Source: an uncultured Sulfuricurvum sp. (lineage in GTDB: Bacteria > Campylobacterota > Campylobacteria > Campylobacterales > Sulfurimonadaceae). Taken from it: DNA of 64,000 bases. Under the pieces are notes generated by a model that was given only the letters and a program-made list of their open reading frames with translations, searched no databases and was not told the origin of the DNA. Of this stretch, positions 38,119 to 47,484 are shown piece after piece. Each line of letters opens with the position of its first letter. Position 1 is the first letter of the stretch. The stretch lies in the NCBI RefSeq assembly GCF_937936435.1, contig NZ_CALDDG010000051.1:1430-65429 (forward strand), written 5' to 3'. The translations under genes and the position numbers were made by a program.

Positions 38119-38883
38119 TCACTCTTGCATACGACAGGCCGGAGCAAAGAGTTCGGGACGGTATTCGAAATGCATCGTATCGTAGTGATACCATCGTCCT
38201 CCCCAGATAAATCCGTGTTTCTCAAAGATCCGGACGATGGAGAGCGGCATGGTGTTGCGATAACCGATGTGAGCCGTTTCGCTCGGGGCTTCGTCTTTCC
38301 AATACTGGGTTTTGGTCGGTGCCAGGTCGATGGCGATCCCGAAGCTGTGCATGGAGAGGCGGTCGGTGTCTTTGATCACGCGGTAGGCATAGGTGGTCGC
38401 CCCTTCGGCCCAGATACGCTCTTTTTTCGGTAATTTTGCGATCTCCTGACCGATGGCATAGAGCTTTTTATCGACTCCTGCTACTTTAGTGACGGGGAGT
38501 TTGACGGAGCCTTTGAGGGTAGGCCATTGGATCATCACCAGATTTTTTTCGACCGCAGCTTTGTTTTTGCCGTAAAGTGCCTGGAAAAAAGGTTGATAAC
38601 GCAGACGTCCCGGATCGAAAAGATAGGGCGGAGGAGTTTCAAATCCCCCCGCATCGTAAGGCTGGGAGAGCTGGATGGAGAGATCGGCATTGTTGATCTT
38701 ATCATCCCACGATGCCGTCGGTTTATCGGTATGGTAAGGGAAAACGGTTCCGTCTTTGAGGGTGAGGGACGTGTTATCGGCTTTTGCGACGAGATCGCCG
38801 TAGCCTTGCAGATAACATTGCGGGTTCCCCCATGCGAGGGCGGCTGCGACTCCCGATAAAGCCAAAATCTGTATAAAACGCAT
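38119..38883 (-). CDS. M15 family metallopeptidase (peptidoglycan peptidase)
   Basis: Signal peptide; SMHSFGIAID and WGGRW...DTMHFE. Confidence 0.88.
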   Translation of the reverse strand: MRFIQILALSGVAAALAWGNPQCYLQGYGDLVAKADNTSLTLKDGTVFPYHTDKPTASWDDKINNADLSIQLSQPYDAGGFETPPPYLFDPGRLRYQPFFQALYGKNKAAVEKNLVMIQWPTLKGSVKLPVTKVAGVDKKLYAIGQEIAKLPKKERIWAEGATTYAYRVIKDTDRLSMHSFGIAIDLAPTKTQYWKDEAPSETAHIGYRNTMPLSIVRIFEKHGFIWGGRWYHYDTMHFEYRPELFAPACRMQE

Positions 38884-38995
38884 ATGTATCTCCTATGTAT
38901 GAGGTGATATTTTAACTGAAAAAACTACGATACGCTTCACGATCACTCCACACTCGGATGTCATGATGGGACTATCTTAACAATAGGAGTCTCCT

Positions 38996-39334
38996 ATGAA
39001 AACAGTTAAATCTATCAGCACGGTGTTAGGTGCTACTTTGATCGTATCGGCTTCGGCATACGCTTCTCCCGGACATGATCGGGGGTATTATTCCCCTGCG
39101 CATCATCACAATGAAGGACGTTATGAGCATAGAAGCAACGGCAATTGGGTCGTTCCTTTGGTAATCGGAGGCGTTTTGGGATATGTTCTGTCCGAACCGC
39201 GACAGGAAAATATCCGTTACGTATCGACCGTACAAAGACCGGTCGTGTATGCTTCGCAACCGATGTATCGGGAACAGTGGGTTTATTTCAGCGATTGTGA
39301 CTGTCAACGTAAAGTATTGGTCCCGGTTCGTTAA
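38996..39334 (+). CDS. Small exported hypothetical protein
   Basis: AGGAG SD, signal peptide, His-rich stretch, Gly-rich hydrophobic segment, C-terminal CDC. Confidence 0.7.
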   Translation: MKTVKSISTVLGATLIVSASAYASPGHDRGYYSPAHHHNEGRYEHRSNGNWVVPLVIGGVLGYVLSEPRQENIRYVSTVQRPVVYASQPMYREQWVYFSDCDCQRKVLVPVR

Positions 39335-40682
39335 GTTTTTTCTCTTTTTTTTCGGCATACATTGCCATATCCGCCGCTTTGATCAACTCCGCGGCATTCG
39401 ATGCGTGATCGGGATAGAGTGCGACCCCGATGCTCGCCTGTGCCCGAATCATCGTCGAAATATCGATGCGGATCGGTTCACTGATAGCGGCATTGATCGT
39501 ATCGTATATCGTTTGTAAATGCTCTTCTCCTCGAATCTCCTCGATCAAGATGATAAACTCATCCCCTCCGTAGCGGCAGACGGTATCGCTGGTACGGAGG
39601 CATGCCTGGATATTTTTCGTGATATCGCGCAGAAGCCGGTCGCCCGCTTCATGACCGTATCTATCATTGATCAGTTTAAAATCATTGAGGTCGATGAAAA
39701 AAAGAGAGACTTTTTGTCCGCTACGTTTTGAACGGGTTATGGCATGCGTGAGCCGATCACCTAACGCATTGCGATTTAGCGCACCGGTAAGCGGGTCGTG
39801 TAAAACGCGATGGGTCAGTGCATCGACATGAGAGGCGATTTGAGTAATATCGTGGAGATTGGCGATGTAGCTCACCAGACGGCTTCGATGATAAATCGCT
39901 GTGAGAGTGACGCTGAGGATTTTCTCCCCGTTGAGCGAGGGTTTGTGAACCGTTCCTCTCCAAGTATTATTGGCATCGAACTGAGAGAGCAGGGTATTAA
40001 ACGTTAAACGTTCCTGGAAGAGGTATCGGCCGATATGGGTTCCGTAAATATCGTTTTGATCATCGAGTTCCAATGCGAAAAAACTGCGGTTGGCAAATTC
40101 GATCAACCCTTTGCTGTCGGTATAAAAAATAGCGTCTCCCGCACCTTCAAGCGCACTTGAACGTTTGTTGAGTTCATCAAGAGTCTTTTGCGAGACGGTG
40201 ATATCCTGCGCCATGCATACGATCTCTCCTTTTCCCCCTTCCAGACGGCGGTTACGCCATTCGCAGAATATTTCGCTTCCTCTCTCGGTGATATTGTAGT
40301 TTTTGGAGTAGCTGATCCCCTCGTCGGCAGCTTTTTGAAGAACCGATATGACGTGAGCCTGATCGAATACCGGAACAATCAGCTCGACAATATTTTCTCC
40401 TTTCACTTCGGTGCTTTGCCAGCCGAAAATGATTTCCGCGGTTTGGTTCCATTCGATAATCCGGTGGTATTTGTCAACGACGATTAACGCCAAAGGGGCA
40501 TCGGAAAAAAATTGCCAGTAACGTGCTTTTGCCTCTGTTAAACGGCGGTTAAGTATGATGGAGTAGATGACCCATACGGCCAATACGACGACAAGCGAGG
40601 GGATAGCCAGAAACTCAATCATACGAGGATGAAAAGAGGAGGCGTCAACAATGGAAAGGGGACAATACCGATTAGGGTACAA
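39288..40682 (-). CDS. PAS-PAS diguanylate cyclase
   Basis: TM, two PAS-like domains, HDPLTG, RYGGDEF; start uncertain. Confidence 0.9.
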   Translation of the reverse strand: MYPNRYCPLSIVDASSFHPRMIEFLAIPSLVVVLAVWVIYSIILNRRLTEAKARYWQFFSDAPLALIVVDKYHRIIEWNQTAEIIFGWQSTEVKGENIVELIVPVFDQAHVISVLQKAADEGISYSKNYNITERGSEIFCEWRNRRLEGGKGEIVCMAQDITVSQKTLDELNKRSSALEGAGDAIFYTDSKGLIEFANRSFFALELDDQNDIYGTHIGRYLFQERLTFNTLLSQFDANNTWRGTVHKPSLNGEKILSVTLTAIYHRSRLVSYIANLHDITQIASHVDALTHRVLHDPLTGALNRNALGDRLTHAITRSKRSGQKVSLFFIDLNDFKLINDRYGHEAGDRLLRDITKNIQACLRTSDTVCRYGGDEFIILIEEIRGEEHLQTIYDTINAAISEPIRIDISTMIRAQASIGVALYPDHASNAAELIKAADMAMYAEKKEKKLNEPGPILYVDSHNR

Positions 40683-40845
40683 AGGGATACGGTGCGGGAA
40701 CTCATAGGAACAGGCGGCATCCTTTGGTAATTTTAAGCATTATATTACGTTTTTTATTATTTACAGTTTAAGCTATTTTGACGGTTTTTATCTATTTTGA
40801 GAGTGCAAACGGTATAATAAAAATAACTAACGAGGAGGCTGGTTC

Positions 40846-42180
40846 ATGTTTTTCCCCACCCTTGGGCTTATCGCAACGACCAATGTCATTACGGTCGATA
40901 TCCATCATACGATCCAAGATGCCCTGAATAAAATGCATACGCATAATCACCGGAGTGTGGTTGTTGTCAATAAAACACTCCATTATATTATTACGACGAA
41001 AGATATTATCCGTTTGAAACTGGAAGGAGTCCCTTTTTCCACTCCCCTCTCGCAGGTGACGTTGCGCCCTTTGCCGTTGATTGACAAAGAGAGCAATATT
41101 ATCAATGCGCTCAATTTGACCAATAACGAAGACGAGCATATCTGTGTCTGTAATCCCGATGGAAGTTTATACGGGCTGGTGACTAACAGCGATATTGTTG
41201 CCAGCGTCGATCCTCAGGTCATTCTCGATACGCTTCAAATCGCAACCATATTTGATAAAAAATACGGATACAAAAGCTTTCTTCCCGACACTTCGATGGC
41301 GGAAGTGATGGAGTTTATGAAAGATTCGATCAGCGATTGCGTCATTATTCAAGAAGGGAATGCTCCGCTTGGAATATTTACCTCAAAAGATATGCTCCGT
41401 TTCATCGGCGAGGAGAACCCTTCGCATATCAAGGTACGTGAGGTCATGTCCTCTCCCGTAGAGACGATGACGCATAAAGCTTCTATCGGCGAGGGGCTGG
41501 AGTATCTTCGCAGCCGGAATTTCAAACGGATCGTTGTGACTGACGATGAGGGGCATGTTCTGGGGATTGTGACACAGGAAGATCTGATTTCGCGTACCTA
41601 TCTGAAATGGTCGCAGCTGATGCAGGATCATTTCCGTCAGTTTGAAGAAATTACGCAGATTCTTCAGCAAAAAAACCAGCACTTGACGCAATTGGCTACT
41701 AAAGATTCGCTCACCGAAATCCATAACCGCCATATGTTTTCCGAACTTTTCGGCAAAGAGCACTCTTTTGCCAAGCGTCAACAAAGCAAGCTATCGCTGA
41801 TGATGATCGACTTGGATTGCTTTAAACAGGTAAACGATACCTACGGACATAATATCGGCGATTACGTACTCAAAGATTTTTCGGCACTCGTCTCCTCTTC
41901 CGTCCGTGAAGCGGATCTTTTCGCCCGCTGGGGAGGAGAAGAATTTGTACTCTTGTTACGAAATGCAGGCTGCGAAGAGGCGTTCGGAGTAGGTGAAAAA
42001 ATCCGCTCCCTTTTGGAAGCGCAACGGTTTGACGAAGTGGGGTGTGTTACTTGCAGTATCGGGATAACCGAGGTTTATAGCGACGATACCCTTGCCAGTG
42101 CGATTGAGCGTGCGGACAGCGCTATGTACTCTGCAAAAAATGCGGGACGAAACCGCACCGTTGCTTGCGAAGTCGAATGA
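40846..42180 (+). CDS. CBS-domain diguanylate cyclase
   Basis: Tandem CBS-like repeats; RWGGEEF. Confidence 0.9.
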   Translation: MFFPTLGLIATTNVITVDIHHTIQDALNKMHTHNHRSVVVVNKTLHYIITTKDIIRLKLEGVPFSTPLSQVTLRPLPLIDKESNIINALNLTNNEDEHICVCNPDGSLYGLVTNSDIVASVDPQVILDTLQIATIFDKKYGYKSFLPDTSMAEVMEFMKDSISDCVIIQEGNAPLGIFTSKDMLRFIGEENPSHIKVREVMSSPVETMTHKASIGEGLEYLRSRNFKRIVVTDDEGHVLGIVTQEDLISRTYLKWSQLMQDHFRQFEEITQILQQKNQHLTQLATKDSLTEIHNRHMFSELFGKEHSFAKRQQSKLSLMMIDLDCFKQVNDTYGHNIGDYVLKDFSALVSSSVREADLFARWGGEEFVLLLRNAGCEEAFGVGEKIRSLLEAQRFDEVGCVTCSIGITEVYSDDTLASAIERADSAMYSAKNAGRNRTVACEVE

Positions 42181-45104
42181 AATCCATAACGCTTAAATCG
42201 ATCCTTTCCTCTGAGCCTTTTATGCTCCGTGCCGAAGAGGCGGTTGCCAAAGCGTTGGAGCTGATGGCCCGGCACGGCATCAGCTCGGTTATTATCGTGA
42301 ATGGGGAAAAACGTCCTGTCGGTATTTTTACGGAGCATGATGCGTTACGGGTCGTCGCGGAGAGAATCGATACTCAAACGTTATTAAACGAGGTGATGAC
42401 TCCGGAACCTTTTTGCGTTCAAGAGAGTTTTGAATTACACGATGCTTATGCGGCGATGGAGAAGAAAGGATACCGTCATCTTGTCGTCATCAATACGGCA
42501 GGTGAATTTACGGGAGTCGTTAGCGAGGGAGATTTTCTCCGTCATATCGGATTTGAACAGTTGAGCCGACAGAAGCTTGTTGCCGACGCGATGGGCAACT
42601 CTCCTCTCATTGTCAAAACGGAGACTCTTTTAGGCGATGCCGCGAGACTGATGCAAATGCGCAAATGTGACTATGCCGTCGTTTTGGACGGCGGGGAACC
42701 CGCAGGGCTGATTACCGAGCGCGATATCGCTCATCGGTATATCGAGGAAAGTAATGCCGCCGATCAAAGGGTGGCGGATGTGCTGCATCGGGATTTTAAA
42801 ATCATCCAAAAAAATCTGCCTCTTCAAAAAGCGGCGATCCTGATGGAAGAACACGGAATCCATCAGCTTATTGTCGAAGATGAGACGGGGATGCTCGTCG
42901 GACTCTTGAGTCGTCACGATATATTGCATGCGATTCACGGCGCTTATTTCGATTTTTTAATGCGGGTGATCGATCAAAAGAACAGTGCGATCATCAACAT
43001 GGGAGAGCGTAAAAAAGAGCTCTTGAACGAAAAATCGGCTGTCGAAAAGAGCGTACAGAAGTTTCAAAAACTTTTCGAATCACTTCCTGACGGGGTCGTG
43101 TTACTGGATTCGGCTTCGACAAAGCCGGTTGAATTTAACAAGGCGGCATATGAACAGCTTGGATATTCGCCCGAAGAGTTCTCACAATTAACGATTAACG
43201 ATTATGATGCGATTGAGTCGGCGTCGGAGACCCGCCGCCGGGTCGAATCGATTGCTCTCGACGGTCAAGACAGCTTTGAGACGAAGCACCGTACCAAAAC
43301 GGGAGAACTGATCGATGTATGGGTGAACGTCATCTCTGCCGATATCTTGAACCATCACTATATGATTGCCGTGTACCGCGATATCAGCGAGCAGAAAACC
43401 GCACAGCGGAAACTATTGTCTCAACAAGAGCAGTTGGAACGTCAAAGTACGTTTTTGCGGACGTTGTTGGACAATATCCCCGATCTGATTTTTTCAAAAG
43501 ATTTAGAAGGGAACTATTTGGCTTGCAATAAAACGTTTGAACGTTTTTTCGGTGCGGCGGAATCGCAAATAGTAGGAAAAAGCGATTTTGATTTTGTCGA
43601 TCCAAAGTTAGCACAATTTTTTCGCGAGAATGATAAAGCGGCTATCGATTCGGGACGCCCGCGTAATAATGAAGAATATCTAGTATTTGCTGATAATGAA
43701 TATGAAGGGATATTTGAATCAACCAAAGTTGCCATGAAGGACAATCAGGGGAATGTAATCGGATTATTAGGCATATCCCGTGATATTACCGAGCGCAAAG
43801 AGAATGAAAAACGGCTTGAAACTCTGGCCAATTATGATCCGCTGACAGGACTGGCAAACCGCTCTTTGTTACAATCGCATTTAAAAAACGCGATCGATAA
43901 AGCCAAGCGGGATAAAACGCGGCTGGCTCTGCTCATCTTTGATTTGGATCGATTTAAAGATATCAATGACAGTTACGGACACGGTGCGGGAGACGAATTA
44001 TTGTTGATGGTTGCGGAACGATTTTCTCTGCGTCTGCGGGAAGGAGATTTGATCGGCCGTCTCGGCGGAGACGAATTCGCGGCGGTGATTGAGGATATTA
44101 CGCGTCCGGAGGATGCCGGACGGCTGGCCGAAGAGATGGTCGCGGCGCTGCAGAGCGGATATCAGCTCTCGGGCGGAGAGTCGATCCATGTCGGTGCCAG
44201 TGTCGGGATCGTTTTGTTTCCTGAGCACGGGGAGGATGCGGCGGTATTGTTACAGCATGCCGATGCCGCTTTATACAAAGCGAAATCGGAAAGAAGAGGT
44301 ACGTATCGCTATTACACCGATGAACTGACCGATTCGGCCCGGCATCGGATCGAAAGCGAAAGTCGGTTGCGCCGGGCAATCATAAATAATGAGTTCGAAC
44401 TCTATTACCAGCCGCAGGTTCATATTGCTACGGGGCGTATTCTCGGAGCCGAGGCGTTGATCCGATGGAACGATCCCGATCGGGGAATGATCCCTCCGAG
44501 TGCGTTTATCCCGATTGCCGAAGAGACGGGGTTGATCGGAGAGATTGGTTTGTGGGTGCTTCGGGAAACATGCCGTCAGGGAAAAATTTGGCTTGACGGA
44601 GGATATCGTCTGACGTTGGCGGTGAATGTATCGGCACATCAGGTACATCATCAAAATATCCCGAAGCTGGTTGAAGAGACCCTTTTGAACAGCGGATACC
44701 CTGCTAACCGACTCGAACTCGAGCTGACCGAAAGTACGCTAATGCAGCGCGAAGAGGAGACCGTTGCGATGTTACACAGTTTAAGAGCGCAAGGGATACG
44801 GCTGGCGATTGATGATTTCGGTACGGGATATTCTTCGCTTTCTTATCTGAAGCGATTTCCGATCGACGTGCTCAAAATCGATAAAAGTTTTGTAGACGAT
44901 ATTCCGTTTGAGGCGGACGATATGGCAATCGTTACGGCTATCATTGCGATGGGACAGGCACTGGGATTTCAAGTTTTGGCTGAGGGGACGGAGCGGATCG
45001 AGCAGATTGATTTTCTGCGCGAAAAAGGGTGCACGATGTACCAAGGATACTTTAAAAGTCCGCCGTTACCGGCAAAAGAGTTTGAAAAGCTGCTGATCGG
45101 TTAG
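42177..45104 (+). CDS. CBS-PAS-PAS-GGDEF-EAL protein
   Basis: CBS repeats, two PAS, RLGGDEF, AEALIRW, DDFGTGYSSL. Confidence 0.92.
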   Translation: MKSITLKSILSSEPFMLRAEEAVAKALELMARHGISSVIIVNGEKRPVGIFTEHDALRVVAERIDTQTLLNEVMTPEPFCVQESFELHDAYAAMEKKGYRHLVVINTAGEFTGVVSEGDFLRHIGFEQLSRQKLVADAMGNSPLIVKTETLLGDAARLMQMRKCDYAVVLDGGEPAGLITERDIAHRYIEESNAADQRVADVLHRDFKIIQKNLPLQKAAILMEEHGIHQLIVEDETGMLVGLLSRHDILHAIHGAYFDFLMRVIDQKNSAIINMGERKKELLNEKSAVEKSVQKFQKLFESLPDGVVLLDSASTKPVEFNKAAYEQLGYSPEEFSQLTINDYDAIESASETRRRVESIALDGQDSFETKHRTKTGELIDVWVNVISADILNHHYMIAVYRDISEQKTAQRKLLSQQEQLERQSTFLRTLLDNIPDLIFSKDLEGNYLACNKTFERFFGAAESQIVGKSDFDFVDPKLAQFFRENDKAAIDSGRPRNNEEYLVFADNEYEGIFESTKVAMKDNQGNVIGLLGISRDITERKENEKRLETLANYDPLTGLANRSLLQSHLKNAIDKAKRDKTRLALLIFDLDRFKDINDSYGHGAGDELLLMVAERFSLRLREGDLIGRLGGDEFAAVIEDITRPEDAGRLAEEMVAALQSGYQLSGGESIHVGASVGIVLFPEHGEDAAVLLQHADAALYKAKSERRGTYRYYTDELTDSARHRIESESRLRRAIINNEFELYYQPQVHIATGRILGAEALIRWNDPDRGMIPPSAFIPIAEETGLIGEIGLWVLRETCRQGKIWLDGGYRLTLAVNVSAHQVHHQNIPKLVEETLLNSGYPANRLELELTESTLMQREEETVAMLHSLRAQGIRLAIDDFGTGYSSLSYLKRFPIDVLKIDKSFVDDIPFEADDMAIVTAIIAMGQALGFQVLAEGTERIEQIDFLREKGCTMYQGYFKSPPLPAKEFEKLLIG

Positions 45105-45114
45105 CCGACAGCAG
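45090..45114. terminator. Hairpin between convergent genes
   Basis: CTGCTG(A)TCGG-TTAG-CCGACAGCAG. Confidence 0.45.
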
Positions 45115-45115
45115 A

Positions 45116-45406
45116 TTATTTCAACGTCTCTACGTATGCGGCGACCTCTTTGAGCTCGTCATCGCTAAGGGGCGCAAGAGAGGCTTGCATCGTCGCTTTT
45201 TGCTCACCTCCGAAGGTTCCGTTTTTGTATCCGACGAGTTTTGTCAGGACATCTTTGCTTCCGGCGATCTCTTTGCCGGCGATAGAGACCTCTTTGCCGT
45301 TGTCCCCATGACATTCGACACACGCTTTACCGTAGACTTTCATCCCCGGGCTTGCCGCGAATACGGCTGAAACACTTAGTATCAGACTCAATACGATTCT
45401 TTGCAT
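45116..45406 (-). CDS. Cytochrome c553-like monoheme cytochrome
   Basis: Signal peptide, CVECHG, distal Met, LSDDELKEVAAY. Confidence 0.9.
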   Translation of the reverse strand: MQRIVLSLILSVSAVFAASPGMKVYGKACVECHGDNGKEVSIAGKEIAGSKDVLTKLVGYKNGTFGGEQKATMQASLAPLSDDELKEVAAYVETLK

Positions 45407-45437
45407 GGGAACTCCTTTTTATCAGATTGTAGCATAA

Positions 45438-46208
45438 TCACTTAATCATCTGCATAAGCCCCATCGCAATCTCTACGGCGATCAGGACAATGATGATCCA
45501 CTCCAAAAACTCGCTTTTTTTGTGATTGATGAGGTCCATGACAAGCATAACGTCCTCTTTGATCTGTGCCAGTTTTGAGAGGGCGATTTCATGCCGATCG
45601 TAGAGTTCTAAAATAAATGCGAGGCGGTTATAGAGGGCTTCGGCCTCTTCGTTGTCCCATAGAATGTTAGGTTTGTCGAGGAGAAGAAGATTGCTCACCA
45701 TGTCATGACGGGTGAGTGCGAGCCGTTTGGCAAACTGCATCAGATGGCTGCGTCTCGTGATCGAAAAGGTTTGGATCGATTCGACGATCCGGCGGCTTTG
45801 CATAAAGAGGGTATCGAGCCGTTTTTCATACCGTTCGAGTCCGACGCTTTGAGAGATCGCAAGAGCGATGACGTTAAGATTCAGCGTCGATACTTCGCGC
45901 AGATAGATTGCTTCGTTGGTCACTTTGAACCGTTCTTCCATCAATGGATCGATATGGATCGGATAGTCCTGGGTGATGGTATCGCTTTCGTCTTCGATGA
46001 TGATCCCCAGTGTCGAAAGGGCATGCAGGATTGTTTTTTTCTCTTCGGCGATGAGAGAGAGGACACCGAACGGAGAGAGGACGACATGGAGTAAATCGTT
46101 TCGTCCGTAATAGCCGTTTTCGACCCCTTTGTTCATTTGCAGTTCCAAAGAGTATTCGATGGTCGCTTTGGTTAACGGTCGGTCGAGATAGAGGGATAAT
46201 AAGTTCAT
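45438..46208 (-). CDS. RMD1/DUF155 family protein
   Basis: AISQSVGLERYE, LLDKPNILWD, FLEWIIIVLIAVEI. Confidence 0.85.
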   Translation of the reverse strand: MNLLSLYLDRPLTKATIEYSLELQMNKGVENGYYGRNDLLHVVLSPFGVLSLIAEEKKTILHALSTLGIIIEDESDTITQDYPIHIDPLMEERFKVTNEAIYLREVSTLNLNVIALAISQSVGLERYEKRLDTLFMQSRRIVESIQTFSITRRSHLMQFAKRLALTRHDMVSNLLLLDKPNILWDNEEAEALYNRLAFILELYDRHEIALSKLAQIKEDVMLVMDLINHKKSEFLEWIIIVLIAVEIAMGLMQMIK

Positions 46209-46275
46209 AATGGTCTCCTTTAACCGAAGATTTCCTTGATTTATTGTATCATCTCTTCATTACAACGAGGTGATA

Positions 46276-47484
46276 ATGCAACGAAATATAGTAACAATTT
46301 TAATGGGATTAGGTTTAAGTTGGGGATCGCTTTGCGCAGATGTTTCCGAAATGATTTTTTATCCGCAGGCCGATTTTTCGGAAGGGATTCTCCACTTTAA
46401 CTACCAAGGTGTGAAAAATAAAAATTATGGTTTTATGTTTGACCGCGGATTCGACCCTGAACGGATCGTATATGTACGCCCCGAAGGGCATACGGTCGAA
46501 AAACTCAAAGACGGAACGATCAAACTCACTTTCCCGAATACCGACCGCTATTCATATATTCAGCGGGCGTATAAAGACGATTTTCTGGTTTCGGATACAA
46601 ACGGAATCATTAAAATTCTTCTAAGCGGAGGAGACTGTAAAAGCAGCCCGAACTGTGTAACGGCGGAGAATATTTTGACCGTCGACGTCCCAAAAGGATA
46701 CGGAGTCCGCAAATACCAGGGACTCGATCAGGATCTAAAACCGTTGAAAAATCCCCAATGGCAGCAAAAAGGGAACGTCTACACCCTGTTTGCTCGGGAT
46801 GTCAAAGGGGCATGTATTATGATGGAGCTTGAAAAACTCAAGCCCGGACAGATACAGCCTCCGGTAGTCATGGCGAGTTCGACAGAGACACCGCGTCTGA
46901 GTGAAAAACCGAAGGTTATCGATAAACCGGTTGAAAAAACACCTGCACCGATTGAAGTGAAACCGGAAGTCGTCGCCATCGCCGGGCCTGAGAAAGAGAC
47001 CCCTGTTCCGGAAGTCGTGAAACCTGAAATCGTTCAGCCCATTTCTCCGGTCGTCGTTGCCGTCGAACCGAAAAGTGAAAAACCTTCGGGCATCGGCGCT
47101 TCATCAGCCGAAAAATCTCCGGTTGCTCCGGAAGAGTATTTTAGAAATTTTCAACTGTTTCAAAGTCGGATCGTAGCGTTATCAGATGCGGGAAAAGCAC
47201 GTTTAGACGGTTGGGTAAAAGCGTTCAAAGCGGGTAAATACCATTCGGTAACGATCAATTCGTATACCGATAATATCCCTCCGCAGCGATTGAAGGCACA
47301 ATACGCGACGAATGAAATCCTCTCTGAAGCGCGAGGGAAAATGGTCGCCGATTATCTGGCATCGCAGGGGATAGATGCCAAAAGCATCACGGTAAACGGA
47401 AAAGGGGATGCCGATCCGGTCGCTTCAAATGATACGGAAGAGGGGCGATCGAAGAATCGGAGGGTGGAGTTTATCGTCAATTGA
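46276..47484 (+). CDS. OmpA-like peptidoglycan-binding domain protein with Pro/Glu-rich linker
   Basis: YTDN...NEILSEARG...GKGDADPVASNDTEEGRSKNRRVEF; signal peptide. Confidence 0.85.
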   Translation: MQRNIVTILMGLGLSWGSLCADVSEMIFYPQADFSEGILHFNYQGVKNKNYGFMFDRGFDPERIVYVRPEGHTVEKLKDGTIKLTFPNTDRYSYIQRAYKDDFLVSDTNGIIKILLSGGDCKSSPNCVTAENILTVDVPKGYGVRKYQGLDQDLKPLKNPQWQQKGNVYTLFARDVKGACIMMELEKLKPGQIQPPVVMASSTETPRLSEKPKVIDKPVEKTPAPIEVKPEVVAIAGPEKETPVPEVVKPEIVQPISPVVVAVEPKSEKPSGIGASSAEKSPVAPEEYFRNFQLFQSRIVALSDAGKARLDGWVKAFKAGKYHSVTINSYTDNIPPQRLKAQYATNEILSEARGKMVADYLASQGIDAKSITVNGKGDADPVASNDTEEGRSKNRRVEFIVN

